From positions 2,171-66,170 of the forward strand of contig JBBQXN010000006.1 in the NCBI GenBank assembly GCA_038209585.1: a DNA stretch of 64,000 bases, in the 5' to 3' direction. Below the pieces are notes generated by a model. The model had not been told where the DNA came from. It saw only the letters and a program-made list of their open reading frames with translations, and ran no database searches. The position numbers and the translations under genes are program-made. How positions within the stretch are numbered: position 1 is the first letter of the stretch; the number at the start of each line of letters is the position of its first letter. Source of the DNA: Burkholderiales bacterium (GTDB lineage: Bacteria > Pseudomonadota > Gammaproteobacteria > Burkholderiales > Burkholderiaceae_C). Of the stretch, positions 55,711-64,000 are shown piece after piece.

Positions 55711-57486
55711 TCAGAAAGACTCCAGGGAAAGTGCGGTGACCGCGTCTGCGCCTTCGACGATGCTGTCGCGCAAGCCCGTGGCCTTGTTGAGGATGTGGTC
55801 GCCGTAGAAGCGTGCGGTCGCGATCTTGGCGTTCATGAATTCAATTTCTTCGCCAGTTGCCAGCGCGTCTTCTGCGGCCATCAAGGCGCGCGCCATCTGC
55901 CAGCCCGCCAGCACCGTGCCGGCCAGCATCAAGTACGGCACGCTGCCGGCGTAAACGGCGTTCGGCTGGCTCTTGCTTTGCGTGGCCATGAAGTCCACCG
56001 CATCAAGAAATGCGCGCCGGCCGGCGGCCAATCGCTTGGCCATGGTCTGGCAAGCCTCGCTGGGGCGAGCACGCAAGGCGCCTTCGGTGGTCTCGATCTG
56101 GCCAGCGATGGCGCGCGCCGTGGCGCCGCCATCGCGCGCCGTCTTGCGGCCCACCAGGTCGTTGGCCTGAATGGCCGTCGTGCCTTCGTAGATGGTCAGG
56201 ATCTTGGCGTCGCGCAGGTACTGCGCTGCACCCGTTTCTTCGATGAAGCCCATGCCGCCGTGCACCTGCACGCCCAGGCTGGCCACGTCCAGGCTCATCT
56301 CGGTAGACAAACCTTTCACCAGGGGCACCATGAATTCGTAGGCGGCCTGGTTCTGTTTGCGTGCCTCGGCGTCGGGGTGCGCGTGCGCAGCGTCGAATGC
56401 CGCCGCAGCCACCATGGCCAGCGCACGGCAGCCTTCGGTGTGGGCGCGCATCGTCATCAGCATGCGGCGCACGTCGGGGTGGTGGATGATGGCGCCGGCT
56501 GCTGGCAACGAGCCATCGACGGGCCGGCTCTGCACACGGTCACGGGCATACTGCACGGCCTTCTGGTAAGCACGCTCGGCCAGCGCGATGCCCTGCACAC
56601 CCACGGCGAATCGGGCCGCATTCATCATGATGAACATGGCTTCCAGGCCGCGGTTTTCCTGGCCGATCAACTGCGCTACGGCACCGCCATGGTCGCCATA
56701 CTGCAGCACCGCAGTGGGGCTGGCCTTGATCCCCAGCTTGTGCTCGATGCTCACGCAATGCACGTCGTTGCGTGTGCCGTCTTCCAGGAACTTGGGGCAG
56801 ATGAACAGTGAAATACCCTTGACGCCTTCGGGTGCGCCCGCCACGCGCGCCAGCACCAGGTGGACGATGTTGTCCGCCATGTCGTGCTCGCCGTAGGTGA
56901 TGTAGATCTTGGTGCCGAAGAGTTTGAATGTGCCGTCGGGCTGCGGCTCTGCGCGCGTTCGCACCAGGCTCAGGTCGCTGCCGGCCTGGGGCTCGGTCAG
57001 GTTCATCGTGCCCGTCCAGGCGCCTTCGATCATTTTCGGAATGAAGGCTTGTTGCTGCGCCTCGGATCCAGCCGTCAGCAATGCCTCGATGGCGCCGTCG
57101 GTGAGCAGCGGGCACAGTGCAAAACTCATGTTGGCGCTGTTGACCATCTCGATACAGGCCGCACCAATCAGCTTGGGCAGGCCTTGGCCACCGAAGCTGG
57201 GCGGGTGCTGCAGGCCTTGCCAGCCACCGGCTGCAAACTGCTTGAACGCGTCTTTGAAGCCTGGCGTGGTGGTGACCTCACCGTCTTTGAAAGTGGACGG
57301 ATTCTTGTCGCCTTCCCAGTTCAGCGGCGACAGCACGCCTTCATTGAAGCGCGCGCATTCCTCCAGCACGGCTGCGGCGGTGTCAAAGCCAGCGTCTTCA
57401 AAACCGGGCAGCTGCGCAATGGCGTCGATGCCGGCCAGTTCTTTCATCACGAACAGCATGTCGCGCACGGGGGCTCGATAGCTCAT
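55711..57486 (-). CDS. Acyl-CoA dehydrogenase
   Basis: MNLTEPQAGSDL, GTKIYIT, EHKLGIKASPT, QVHGGMGF, IYEGTT. Confidence 0.95.
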   Translation of the reverse strand: MSYRAPVRDMLFVMKELAGIDAIAQLPGFEDAGFDTAAAVLEECARFNEGVLSPLNWEGDKNPSTFKDGEVTTTPGFKDAFKQFAAGGWQGLQHPPSFGGQGLPKLIGAACIEMVNSANMSFALCPLLTDGAIEALLTAGSEAQQQAFIPKMIEGAWTGTMNLTEPQAGSDLSLVRTRAEPQPDGTFKLFGTKIYITYGEHDMADNIVHLVLARVAGAPEGVKGISLFICPKFLEDGTRNDVHCVSIEHKLGIKASPTAVLQYGDHGGAVAQLIGQENRGLEAMFIMMNAARFAVGVQGIALAERAYQKAVQYARDRVQSRPVDGSLPAAGAIIHHPDVRRMLMTMRAHTEGCRALAMVAAAAFDAAHAHPDAEARKQNQAAYEFMVPLVKGLSTEMSLDVASLGVQVHGGMGFIEETGAAQYLRDAKILTIYEGTTAIQANDLVGRKTARDGGATARAIAGQIETTEGALRARPSEACQTMAKRLAAGRRAFLDAVDFMATQSKSQPNAVYAGSVPYLMLAGTVLAGWQMARALMAAEDALATGEEIEFMNAKIATARFYGDHILNKATGLRDSIVEGADAVTALSLESF

Positions 57487-57523
57487 GGTGGGTCTCCTGA
57501 AACTGTTCCTGGGGTCTGGATGG

Positions 57524-57555
57524 AAAAGGGCGCCCTGCTTCTGCCAGGGCGCCCC
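57524..57555 (-). terminator. Intrinsic terminator between etfA and the acyl-CoA dehydrogenase gene
   Basis: Minus strand: AGGGCGCCCTG-7 nt-CAGGGCGCCCT followed by TTT. Confidence 0.65.
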
Positions 57556-57572
57556 TGCAGGGCGGCTGCCGT

Positions 57573-58505
57573 TTACAGGCTCTTCACGAGCTCGGGTACC
57601 GCCGTGAACAAATCGGCTTCCAGGCCGTAGTCGGCCACACTGAAAATCGGCGCTTCCGCGTCCTTGTTGATGGCCACGATGACCTTGCTGTCCTTCATGC
57701 CGGCCAGGTGCTGGATGGCGCCGCTGATGCCGGCTGCGATGTACAGGCTGGGTGCGACGATCTTGCCTGTCTGCCCCACCTGCCAGTCGTTGGGCGCATA
57801 GCCCGCATCCACCGCAGCGCGGCTGGCGCCCAGGGCTGCGCCCAGCTTGTCGGCCAAGGGCGTCAACACTTCGTCGAACTTCTCGCTGCTGCCCAGGGCG
57901 CGGCCGCCACTGACGATGACCTTGGCCGCCGTGAGTTCTGGGCGGTCGTTCTTGGCGATCTCGCTGCCTTCGAAATGGCTCAAGCCGCTGTCTGCCACCG
58001 CGGTGAGACTTTCCACCGCAGCGCTGCCGCCCGTGGCCGCTGCGGCGTCGAAGCCGGTGCCACGCACGGTGATGACCTTGATGGTGTCCGTGCTCTGCAC
58101 GGTGGCTACGGCATTGCCGGCGTAGATGGGCCGCTCGAAGGTGTCGGCAGAGATGACTTTGCTGCAGTCGCTGATTTGCGCCACGTCCAGCAGGGCCGCC
58201 ACGCGCGGGGCCACGTTCTTGCCTGCAGCGGTGGCCGGAAACAGGATGTGCGAGTAGTTCTTCGCCACTTCCAGCACCTGTGCGGCGATGTTCTCGGCCA
58301 GCCCGTGGTCCAGGCCTGCCGCGTCGGCGTGCAGTACTTTGGTCACGCCAGCAATCTTGGCCGCCGCTTCGGCGGCCGGGCCAGCGCTGTGACCGGCTAC
58401 CAGCACATGCACGTCGCCACCGCAGGCCAGGGCCGCAGTCACGGCGTTGAGCGTGGCGCCCTTGATGGACGCGTTGTCGTGTTCGGCAATTACCAGTGCA
58501 GCCAT
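57573..58505 (-). CDS. etfA: Electron transfer flavoprotein alpha
   Basis: [28 protein letters not shown]. Confidence 0.97.
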   Translation of the reverse strand: MAALVIAEHDNASIKGATLNAVTAALACGGDVHVLVAGHSAGPAAEAAAKIAGVTKVLHADAAGLDHGLAENIAAQVLEVAKNYSHILFPATAAGKNVAPRVAALLDVAQISDCSKVISADTFERPIYAGNAVATVQSTDTIKVITVRGTGFDAAAATGGSAAVESLTAVADSGLSHFEGSEIAKNDRPELTAAKVIVSGGRALGSSEKFDEVLTPLADKLGAALGASRAAVDAGYAPNDWQVGQTGKIVAPSLYIAAGISGAIQHLAGMKDSKVIVAINKDAEAPIFSVADYGLEADLFTAVPELVKSL

Positions 58506-58506
58506 G

Positions 58507-59256
58507 TCAGATCACCTTCGCTTCGTTTTTGAGCTTGTCCACCAGGGTCGCCACATCGGGCACCTTGATACCGGCACCGCGCTTGGGCGGCTCGGCCACT
58601 TTCAGCGTCTTGATGCGCGGCGCCGTGTCCACGCCCAGGTCAGACGGCTTCATCACGTCCAGCGTCTTCTTCTTCGCTTTCATGATGTTGGGCAGGGTGA
58701 CGTAGCGCGGCTCGTTCAAGCGCAGGTCAGAGGTGATGACGGCCGGCAGCTTCAGCTTCAGCGTTTCCAGCCCGCCATCCACCTCGCGCGTGACGATGAC
58801 ATGGCCGTCTGCCACTTCCACCTTGCTGGCGAACGTGGCTTGCGGCATGCCGGTCAGCGCGGCCAGCATCTGCCCGGTCTGGTTGCAGTCGTCGTCGATG
58901 GCCTGCTTGCCCAGGATCACCAGTTGCGGCTGCTCCTTGTCCACCAGCGCCTTCAACAACTTGGCCACGGCCAGGGGCTGCAGTTCGTCTGTGGTCTCCA
59001 CCAGGATGGCACGGTCGGCGCCGATGGCCATGGCCGTGCGCAGCGTTTCCTGGCACTTGGTGTCGCCGCAGGAAATGGCGACGATCTCGGTGACCACGCC
59101 CTTCTCTTTCAAACGCACCGCTTCTTCGACAGCGATCTCGTCGAAGGGGTTCATGCTCATCTTGACGTTGGCGATGTCCACGCCGCTGCCGTCGCTTTTG
59201 ACGCGGACCTTGACGTTGTAGTCAACCACCCGCTTGACGGGGACCAGTACCTTCAT
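58507..59256 (-). CDS. etfB: Electron transfer flavoprotein beta
   Basis: [31 protein letters not shown]. Confidence 0.97.
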   Translation of the reverse strand: MKVLVPVKRVVDYNVKVRVKSDGSGVDIANVKMSMNPFDEIAVEEAVRLKEKGVVTEIVAISCGDTKCQETLRTAMAIGADRAILVETTDELQPLAVAKLLKALVDKEQPQLVILGKQAIDDDCNQTGQMLAALTGMPQATFASKVEVADGHVIVTREVDGGLETLKLKLPAVITSDLRLNEPRYVTLPNIMKAKKKTLDVMKPSDLGVDTAPRIKTLKVAEPPKRGAGIKVPDVATLVDKLKNEAKVI

Positions 59257-59311
59257 GTGCATAGCTCCTGCTCGTGATGTGGCTCAGCTGAGCCGCACTG
59301 ACTAGTAGATA

Positions 59312-59366
59312 AATGATCCACGAATGATCGACGAACCATCAACCACCGATGGACAAATGATTCCAG
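59312..59366. repeat. Degenerate 11-bp tandem array (5 units) in the etfB upstream region
   Basis: AATGATCCACG AATGATCGACG AACCATCAACC ACCGATGGACA AATGATTCCAG. Confidence 0.65.
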
Positions 59367-59401
59367 GTTTCGAACCGCAGCGTAGTCGCCTGGGCGGCAC
59401 A

Positions 59402-59425
59402 AAAATAGAACGACCGTTCTATTTT
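59402..59425. promoter_or_regulatory. Palindromic operator, FadP-like (TetR family)
   Basis: AAAATAGAACG-ac-CGTTCTATTTT with perfect 11-bp arms upstream of etfBA; resembles the recalled betaproteobacterial FadP box. Confidence 0.75.
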
Positions 59426-59441
59426 GCCTGAACTGCGGCTT

Positions 59442-59972
59442 TCAGGGCGGGCACAACAGAACGCTGCCCTGCACGCTGCACACACCTTTCGGCCCTACCA
59501 GATCGGGCCCCAGGCGCTGCAGCCGGCTGCCGTCGCTGGCCCAACAGCCGGCGGCGTCGCACTGGGTGATGGACGTCAGGGACCTTCGAGTTGCCGTTGG
59601 CCCGACTTCAGTCAATGGCGATGGCGGCGGCAGGCCGGAACGCGACAGGGCTGGCAGCACCCGCTCAGGTGGCAAGGGCATGGGCGTGCGCCGTTCAGCA
59701 GCAGCGGGTCGGTCCAGTCGCTCGCGCAGGCATTGGCGAGCGGCATGCGAACGCGCTGCCGACAAGTCGTCCGGCGCCGGCGCACGTGCCACCTCGGCAG
59801 CTTCCAGTCGCGCCAGGGCCTGCAGGCAGGCTGGCGAATTCAGCGGATCGTCAGCGGATCGGGCAGCCTGGGCCGACCAGGCCATGGCCATGCTCATGCC
59901 CATGCCCATGCCCATGCCCCACGCGAAAAGCCAGTTGCGCGCGGCACCCATGAAGGACGTCTGAGTGCGCAA
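59442..59972 (-). CDS. Exported Cys-rich hypothetical protein
   Basis: Signal-like N-terminus, 6 Cys, Pro-rich linker; starts 3 bp after the upstream gene's stop. Confidence 0.7.
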   Translation of the reverse strand: MRTQTSFMGAARNWLFAWGMGMGMGMSMAMAWSAQAARSADDPLNSPACLQALARLEAAEVARAPAPDDLSAARSHAARQCLRERLDRPAAAERRTPMPLPPERVLPALSRSGLPPPSPLTEVGPTATRRSLTSITQCDAAGCWASDGSRLQRLGPDLVGPKGVCSVQGSVLLCPP

Positions 59973-59975
59973 GTC

Positions 59976-60974
59976 TTAAAAGCGCAACTGCGCCCCGACA
60001 CCTAACGCCCAAACACCGGTACGCGGGCTGCTGTCTTGCGGCAGTGGCCAGAAATGGCCTACCACCACCTGGCCCAGCAACCATTCCTTGTACACGGGTT
60101 GCTCCCAGCGCAGTTGCAAGCCGTAGTCGGTGACGCCGTCGCCTTCACGGCCGCTGGCGGGGAGCTCGAAGGACAACAGGCGGTCGCGCCCGAAGGACCG
60201 GTGCAAGCCCGGGGTGGTTTCCCATTCGATACGGCGCCGGTCCTGAGAGATCGTGGCTGCTGCCAGCCAGCGCGCCACCAGCACAGGGGAAAAAGCATGA
60301 TCCAAAGACAGCGCCGTCGTGGTGCCAAAACGTTCATCGCTGGCCCAGAACAGCGTCTGGCGAAATTCAGCGCGCGTTTGCGGCTGCAGCTGCCACGCCT
60401 GGCGGTAACGCGCCTGGGCGTACAGGTTCAAGCCACCGCGAAAACCGACACGCAGATCCACCGCGTCGTTGATGTTGCGCCCCAGGCCAGCAAAGAAGCT
60501 GCGCTCGGCCGATGCGCTTTCCAGTTGACGGTCTCGCGCCGTCAGGGCGCCCGGCCGGTCGGTCACCACGTCACGCGGGTTGTCGCGGCCAATGAACAGA
60601 TAGCCCCAACGCTCGGCATTGGGCAAGCGAAAGCGGGCGTTGAAGCGCAGGTCGGCGTCGATGCTCTCACCTTGACGCTTCAGGAAGGTCAGGCTCAGCC
60701 GGCCGTCGCGCACCTCGCCGCCGCGCGAAAACGGTCGGTCGCCGAACCAGCTGTCGACGCCGCGCGCCAGCCATTCAGCGGTCTCGCGCACGGTCACGCG
60801 CGCCGACTCGATGACTGCTACATCTCCTGGCGCAGGTTCGCTCGAAGGAGTCGGCGAGTTGGCTGCGCGAGATGCGGCTGCGTCCTGCGCCATCGCCGCC
60901 GATCCCAGAAAGCCGAAGCAGCAAAGAGCGGTGGAAGCAGCGCGGCGAGCTGAAAGCCAAGCAGTGAAGGTCAT
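59976..60974 (-). CDS. Hypothetical protein, probable outer-membrane beta-barrel
   Basis: Signal peptide, alternating amphipathic strands, C-terminal WALGVGAQLRF. Confidence 0.75.
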   Translation of the reverse strand: MTFTAWLSARRAASTALCCFGFLGSAAMAQDAAASRAANSPTPSSEPAPGDVAVIESARVTVRETAEWLARGVDSWFGDRPFSRGGEVRDGRLSLTFLKRQGESIDADLRFNARFRLPNAERWGYLFIGRDNPRDVVTDRPGALTARDRQLESASAERSFFAGLGRNINDAVDLRVGFRGGLNLYAQARYRQAWQLQPQTRAEFRQTLFWASDERFGTTTALSLDHAFSPVLVARWLAAATISQDRRRIEWETTPGLHRSFGRDRLLSFELPASGREGDGVTDYGLQLRWEQPVYKEWLLGQVVVGHFWPLPQDSSPRTGVWALGVGAQLRF

Positions 60975-61179
60975 GCTGATCTATCCGTTGGGTGACGAAA
61001 CTGCGTGCAAACATGCCGGTGTGACTGGGCTGGAGTCTGACGGCAGCAGGATGAGTCGTTGCAGTTTTCATCACAGATCGCGGCCTTCGCCTACAAGCCA
61101 GAGCCCATACACGGTGCTCCACTTCGGGCCATCGACGGCATGCTGAAATCCAACCTGAACGCCAGCTGCAGCGCCGGCG

Positions 61180-62343
61180 ATGTCTGAACACGTGCCCTCA
61201 GCACCCAGCTTCACGCTGGACACCAAGCCCACCGGCGAAGCTGGCGCAGTGACGCTGCGGCTGCAGGGCGCTTGGCGACTGCAATATCTGGCTGATATCG
61301 AACGCAGCCTGGCCACCACCGACTGGCTGAACTTGACCGAGGTGGACGCCAGCGGACTGACACAACTGGATTCCGCTGCCGCGCTGATGCTCCTGCGCGC
61401 CTTGCCCGCTGCGGGCTCCGGGTCCATTTCCGCATCCGCCAGCGAAATCGCGCCAAGGTGGACAGGGCTGGACGCCAGCAGCGCACGCATCCTGGCTCAA
61501 GTTCAAGCCCATCTGGCCGCGCCGCCAGCACCAGCGGCGGCGCCCTCGCCGGGCTGGCTGGCGGTCATCGGCCAACAGGCCCACGCCCTGTTCGAACTGG
61601 TGCTGGGCCATGTGAATTTTCTCGGCCAGACGCTGTTTGCCCTGGGTGAACTGCTGACCGGCAAACGCCGGCTTCGCGTGCGCGAACTGAGCGCGCAAAT
61701 CCAGCAGACCGGCCTGGACGCCGTGCCCGTCGTCGCCCTGGTGACCATGCTCATCGGCGTCGTCTTCACCTACCTGCTGGGCCTGCAGTCCAGCCGCTAT
61801 GGCGCCAACATCTTCGTCGTCGACGGCGTGGCCATCGGCACCACGCGCGAGTTCTCGCCCATCATCGTGGCCATCGTCGTGGCCGGGCGATCTGGCGCGG
61901 CATTCACCGCGCAACTGGGCTCGATGCGGCTGACAGAAGAGATCGATGCCATCCAGACCCTGGGGCTGTCACCGCAACAAGTGCTGGTGCTGCCACGCGT
62001 TCTGGCACTGATGATCACCCTGCCCTTGCTCGTCTTCGTCGGCGACGTGGCGGCCATCTTCGGCTCGATGGCCATCGCCGGCCCCATGCTCGACATCAAT
62101 CCTTCTGCCTATGCCGACAGGCTGCGCGGTGCGCTGGAACTGAAGCACCTGCTCATCGGCCTGGCCAAGGCGCCGGTGTTCGCGCTGGTGGTGGCCATCA
62201 TCGGCACACGCATGGGCATGACCGTGGGGCGCGACACGCGGGCCGTGGGCGCGGCCACCACGTCTACCGTGGTGCAAAGCATCGTCGCCGTGATCCTGCT
62301 GGATGCATTGTTCGCCGTGCTGCTGCAGGCGCTGGACCTCTAG
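61180..62343 (+). CDS. STAS-MlaE fusion ABC permease
   Basis: STAS-like VDASGLTQLDSAAA; REFSP, GRSGAAFTAQLGSMRLTEEIDA. Confidence 0.92.
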   Translation: MSEHVPSAPSFTLDTKPTGEAGAVTLRLQGAWRLQYLADIERSLATTDWLNLTEVDASGLTQLDSAAALMLLRALPAAGSGSISASASEIAPRWTGLDASSARILAQVQAHLAAPPAPAAAPSPGWLAVIGQQAHALFELVLGHVNFLGQTLFALGELLTGKRRLRVRELSAQIQQTGLDAVPVVALVTMLIGVVFTYLLGLQSSRYGANIFVVDGVAIGTTREFSPIIVAIVVAGRSGAAFTAQLGSMRLTEEIDAIQTLGLSPQQVLVLPRVLALMITLPLLVFVGDVAAIFGSMAIAGPMLDINPSAYADRLRGALELKHLLIGLAKAPVFALVVAIIGTRMGMTVGRDTRAVGAATTSTVVQSIVAVILLDALFAVLLQALDL

Positions 62344-63125
62344 TGTCCGTGAGCAACCAAGTGGTGATCGACGTCGAAGACATCTGCACGGCATTCGGCG
62401 AACAGCAGGTGCACCAGGGCGTCAGCTTTCAGGTGCAGCGCGGCACGCTGGTGGCCCTGATCGGTGGCAGCGGCACCGGCAAGAGCGTGCTGCTGCGCGA
62501 GATGATCGGACTGCACCGCCCTACTTCGGGCTGCGTGCGGCTGCTCGGTACCGACATGTGGGCCGCCACGCCAGCAGAACGCGACGCCGTGCGCAAACGC
62601 TTCGGCATGATGTTTCAGGACGGCGCGCTGTTCTCGTCGCTCACCGTGACGCAGAACGTCGCCGCACCGCTGCGCGAACACACGAAGCTCACCCCCGCCA
62701 CCATCGAAGCGCTGGTGGCCCTGCGGCTGCGCCAGGCCGGGCTGCCCGCTGATGCCGGGCCCAAACTGCCCAGTGAACTGTCAGGCGGCATGCGCAAACG
62801 CGCAGCCATCGCGCGCGCCATCGCGCTGGAACCTGAAATCCTGTTCCTGGACGAACCGACTTCCGGCCTGGACCCGATCACAGCGCGCGGTTTCGACCGG
62901 CTGGTACGCTCACTCGTCGACGACCTGGGCATCACCGTGTTCCTGGTCACACACGACCTCGATACCCTGCTCACCGTGGTGGACCGCCTGATCGTGCTGG
63001 CCCGCGGCAAGGTGCTGGCCGACGGCCCGCTGGCCCAGGTGCTGGCGGTGGACGACGAATGGCTGCACGAGTATTTCTCGGTCCGCAACCTGCTGAACAA
63101 GGAGAACCCCGCCCATGGAAGCTGA
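62343..63125 (+). CDS. MlaF-like ABC ATPase
   Basis: GGSGTGKS, LSGGMRKR, LDEPTSGLDP. Confidence 0.94.
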   Translation: MSVSNQVVIDVEDICTAFGEQQVHQGVSFQVQRGTLVALIGGSGTGKSVLLREMIGLHRPTSGCVRLLGTDMWAATPAERDAVRKRFGMMFQDGALFSSLTVTQNVAAPLREHTKLTPATIEALVALRLRQAGLPADAGPKLPSELSGGMRKRAAIARAIALEPEILFLDEPTSGLDPITARGFDRLVRSLVDDLGITVFLVTHDLDTLLTVVDRLIVLARGKVLADGPLAQVLAVDDEWLHEYFSVRNLLNKENPAHGS

Positions 63126-64000
63126 GTCCCGATATACCTTCGTCGGCGCCGCCCTCATCGCCCTGATCGTGGCCGTGGTGGCTTCGATTCTTTGGCTGAA
63201 GAACATCGGCGGCCGCGACTATGCGCACTACGCCATCGTCTTCGAGCGCGAGCCGCTGGACGGGCTGGACGTAGGCGCTGCCGTCAGCTTGCGCGGCATC
63301 CAGGTGGGTCGCGTCGAGGACTATGCCCTGGTGGGCCGCAACGGCAATGCCGTACGCGTGCAGATCCGCGTGGACGAGCGCGTTCCCGTGCGCACCGATA
63401 CCGAAGCCGTGGTGACGCGCAACTTCGTCACCGGCATCGCCGCCATCACCCTGGTCAACAGCGACAAGGCCGGCGAGCCCCTGGTGCAACCCGGCGCTGG
63501 CGATCCACTGCCGGTGATTGCCGAAGGGCGGTCTGGCCTGGACGAGATCGCCGGCCGCGTGGACCAGATCGGCCAGGTCGCCGCAGACACCCTGGGCCGC
63601 CTGAACGAGCTGCTGAACGAGAAAAATCAGCAAACGCTGGTTGGTGCCGTGGCCAGCGTGCGCGACTTGGCCAACGGCCTGAACCAGCGACTGGACGGCA
63701 TGCAGAAAGCCCTGGACCAGGTCGCAGCGGCCGCCGCCAAGGCCGGCACGGCTGCGGAGTCGGCCGGCGTAGCGGCCAGCAGCCTGGGCGACGCGGGCCA
63801 GCGCATCGCAGGCATGGTGGAAAACACAGGCGAGAAGCTGGACCGCTCGCTGGTGCAGTCAGAGCAAGTGTTGATCGAAGCGCGCCAGGCGCTGGCGCAG
63901 GTGACCGTGTCCGTGGCCGAAGTACAGCGCCAGGCCGTGACCACCGCGCAGCGCCTGGAAAACACGGCCGTGGGCGTGGACGACCAACTGCGTGGCGCTG
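63115..64000 (+). CDS. MCE/MlaD family protein with long helical tail (partial)
   Basis: MEAESRYTFVG plus TM, GLDVGAAVSLRGIQVGRV, then heptad-like helices; frame open to the window end. Confidence 0.9.
   Translation, partial: MEAESRYTFVGAALIALIVAVVASILWLKNIGGRDYAHYAIVFEREPLDGLDVGAAVSLRGIQVGRVEDYALVGRNGNAVRVQIRVDERVPVRTDTEAVVTRNFVTGIAAITLVNSDKAGEPLVQPGAGDPLPVIAEGRSGLDEIAGRVDQIGQVAADTLGRLNELLNEKNQQTLVGAVASVRDLANGLNQRLDGMQKALDQVAAAAAKAGTAAESAGVAASSLGDAGQRIAGMVENTGEKLDRSLVQSEQVLIEARQALAQVTVSVAEVQRQAVTTAQRLENTAVGVDDQLRGA

Overview
High-GC betaproteobacterial chromosome segment (Burkholderiales, Rubrivivax/Methylibium-like by gene order and protein style; taxonomy is inference), made mostly of conserved core clusters on the minus strand. 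In order: (1) rpsB-tsf-pyrH-frr-uppS-cdsA-dxr-rseP-bamA-skp-lpxD-fabZ-lpxA-lpxB; (2) a divergent DadA-like oxidoreductase plus nnr, then rnr and tRNA-Leu(CAG); (3) rluD-scpB-rluB-ndk-rlmN-pilW-rodZ-ispG-hisS-yfgM-bamB-der-hfq-hflXKC-hisZ-purA-PRTase; (4) bamD, a DinG/YoaA helicase, DUF465 and a PP2C phosphatase; (5) sucA-sucB-lpdA-zapE led by a sucA RNA motif; (6) a Cys-cluster protein and an orphan peptide-binding protein; (7) a small decaying islet (AraC pseudogene, VOC gene, TfoX-C pseudogene); (8) etfB-etfA-acyl-CoA dehydrogenase-nitronate monooxygenase under a palindromic FadP-like operator; (9) two unknown exported proteins divergent from a STAS-MlaE/MlaF/MCE transporter. I found no CRISPR array, integrase, transposase or prophage. 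The most unusual signals are a 763-aa RluB with long disordered arms carrying a repeated [13 protein letters not shown] motif whose copies differ only at synonymous sites, an 11-bp phased repeat array in the etfB leader, and the unknown beta-barrel/Cys-rich gene pair facing the MCE system.
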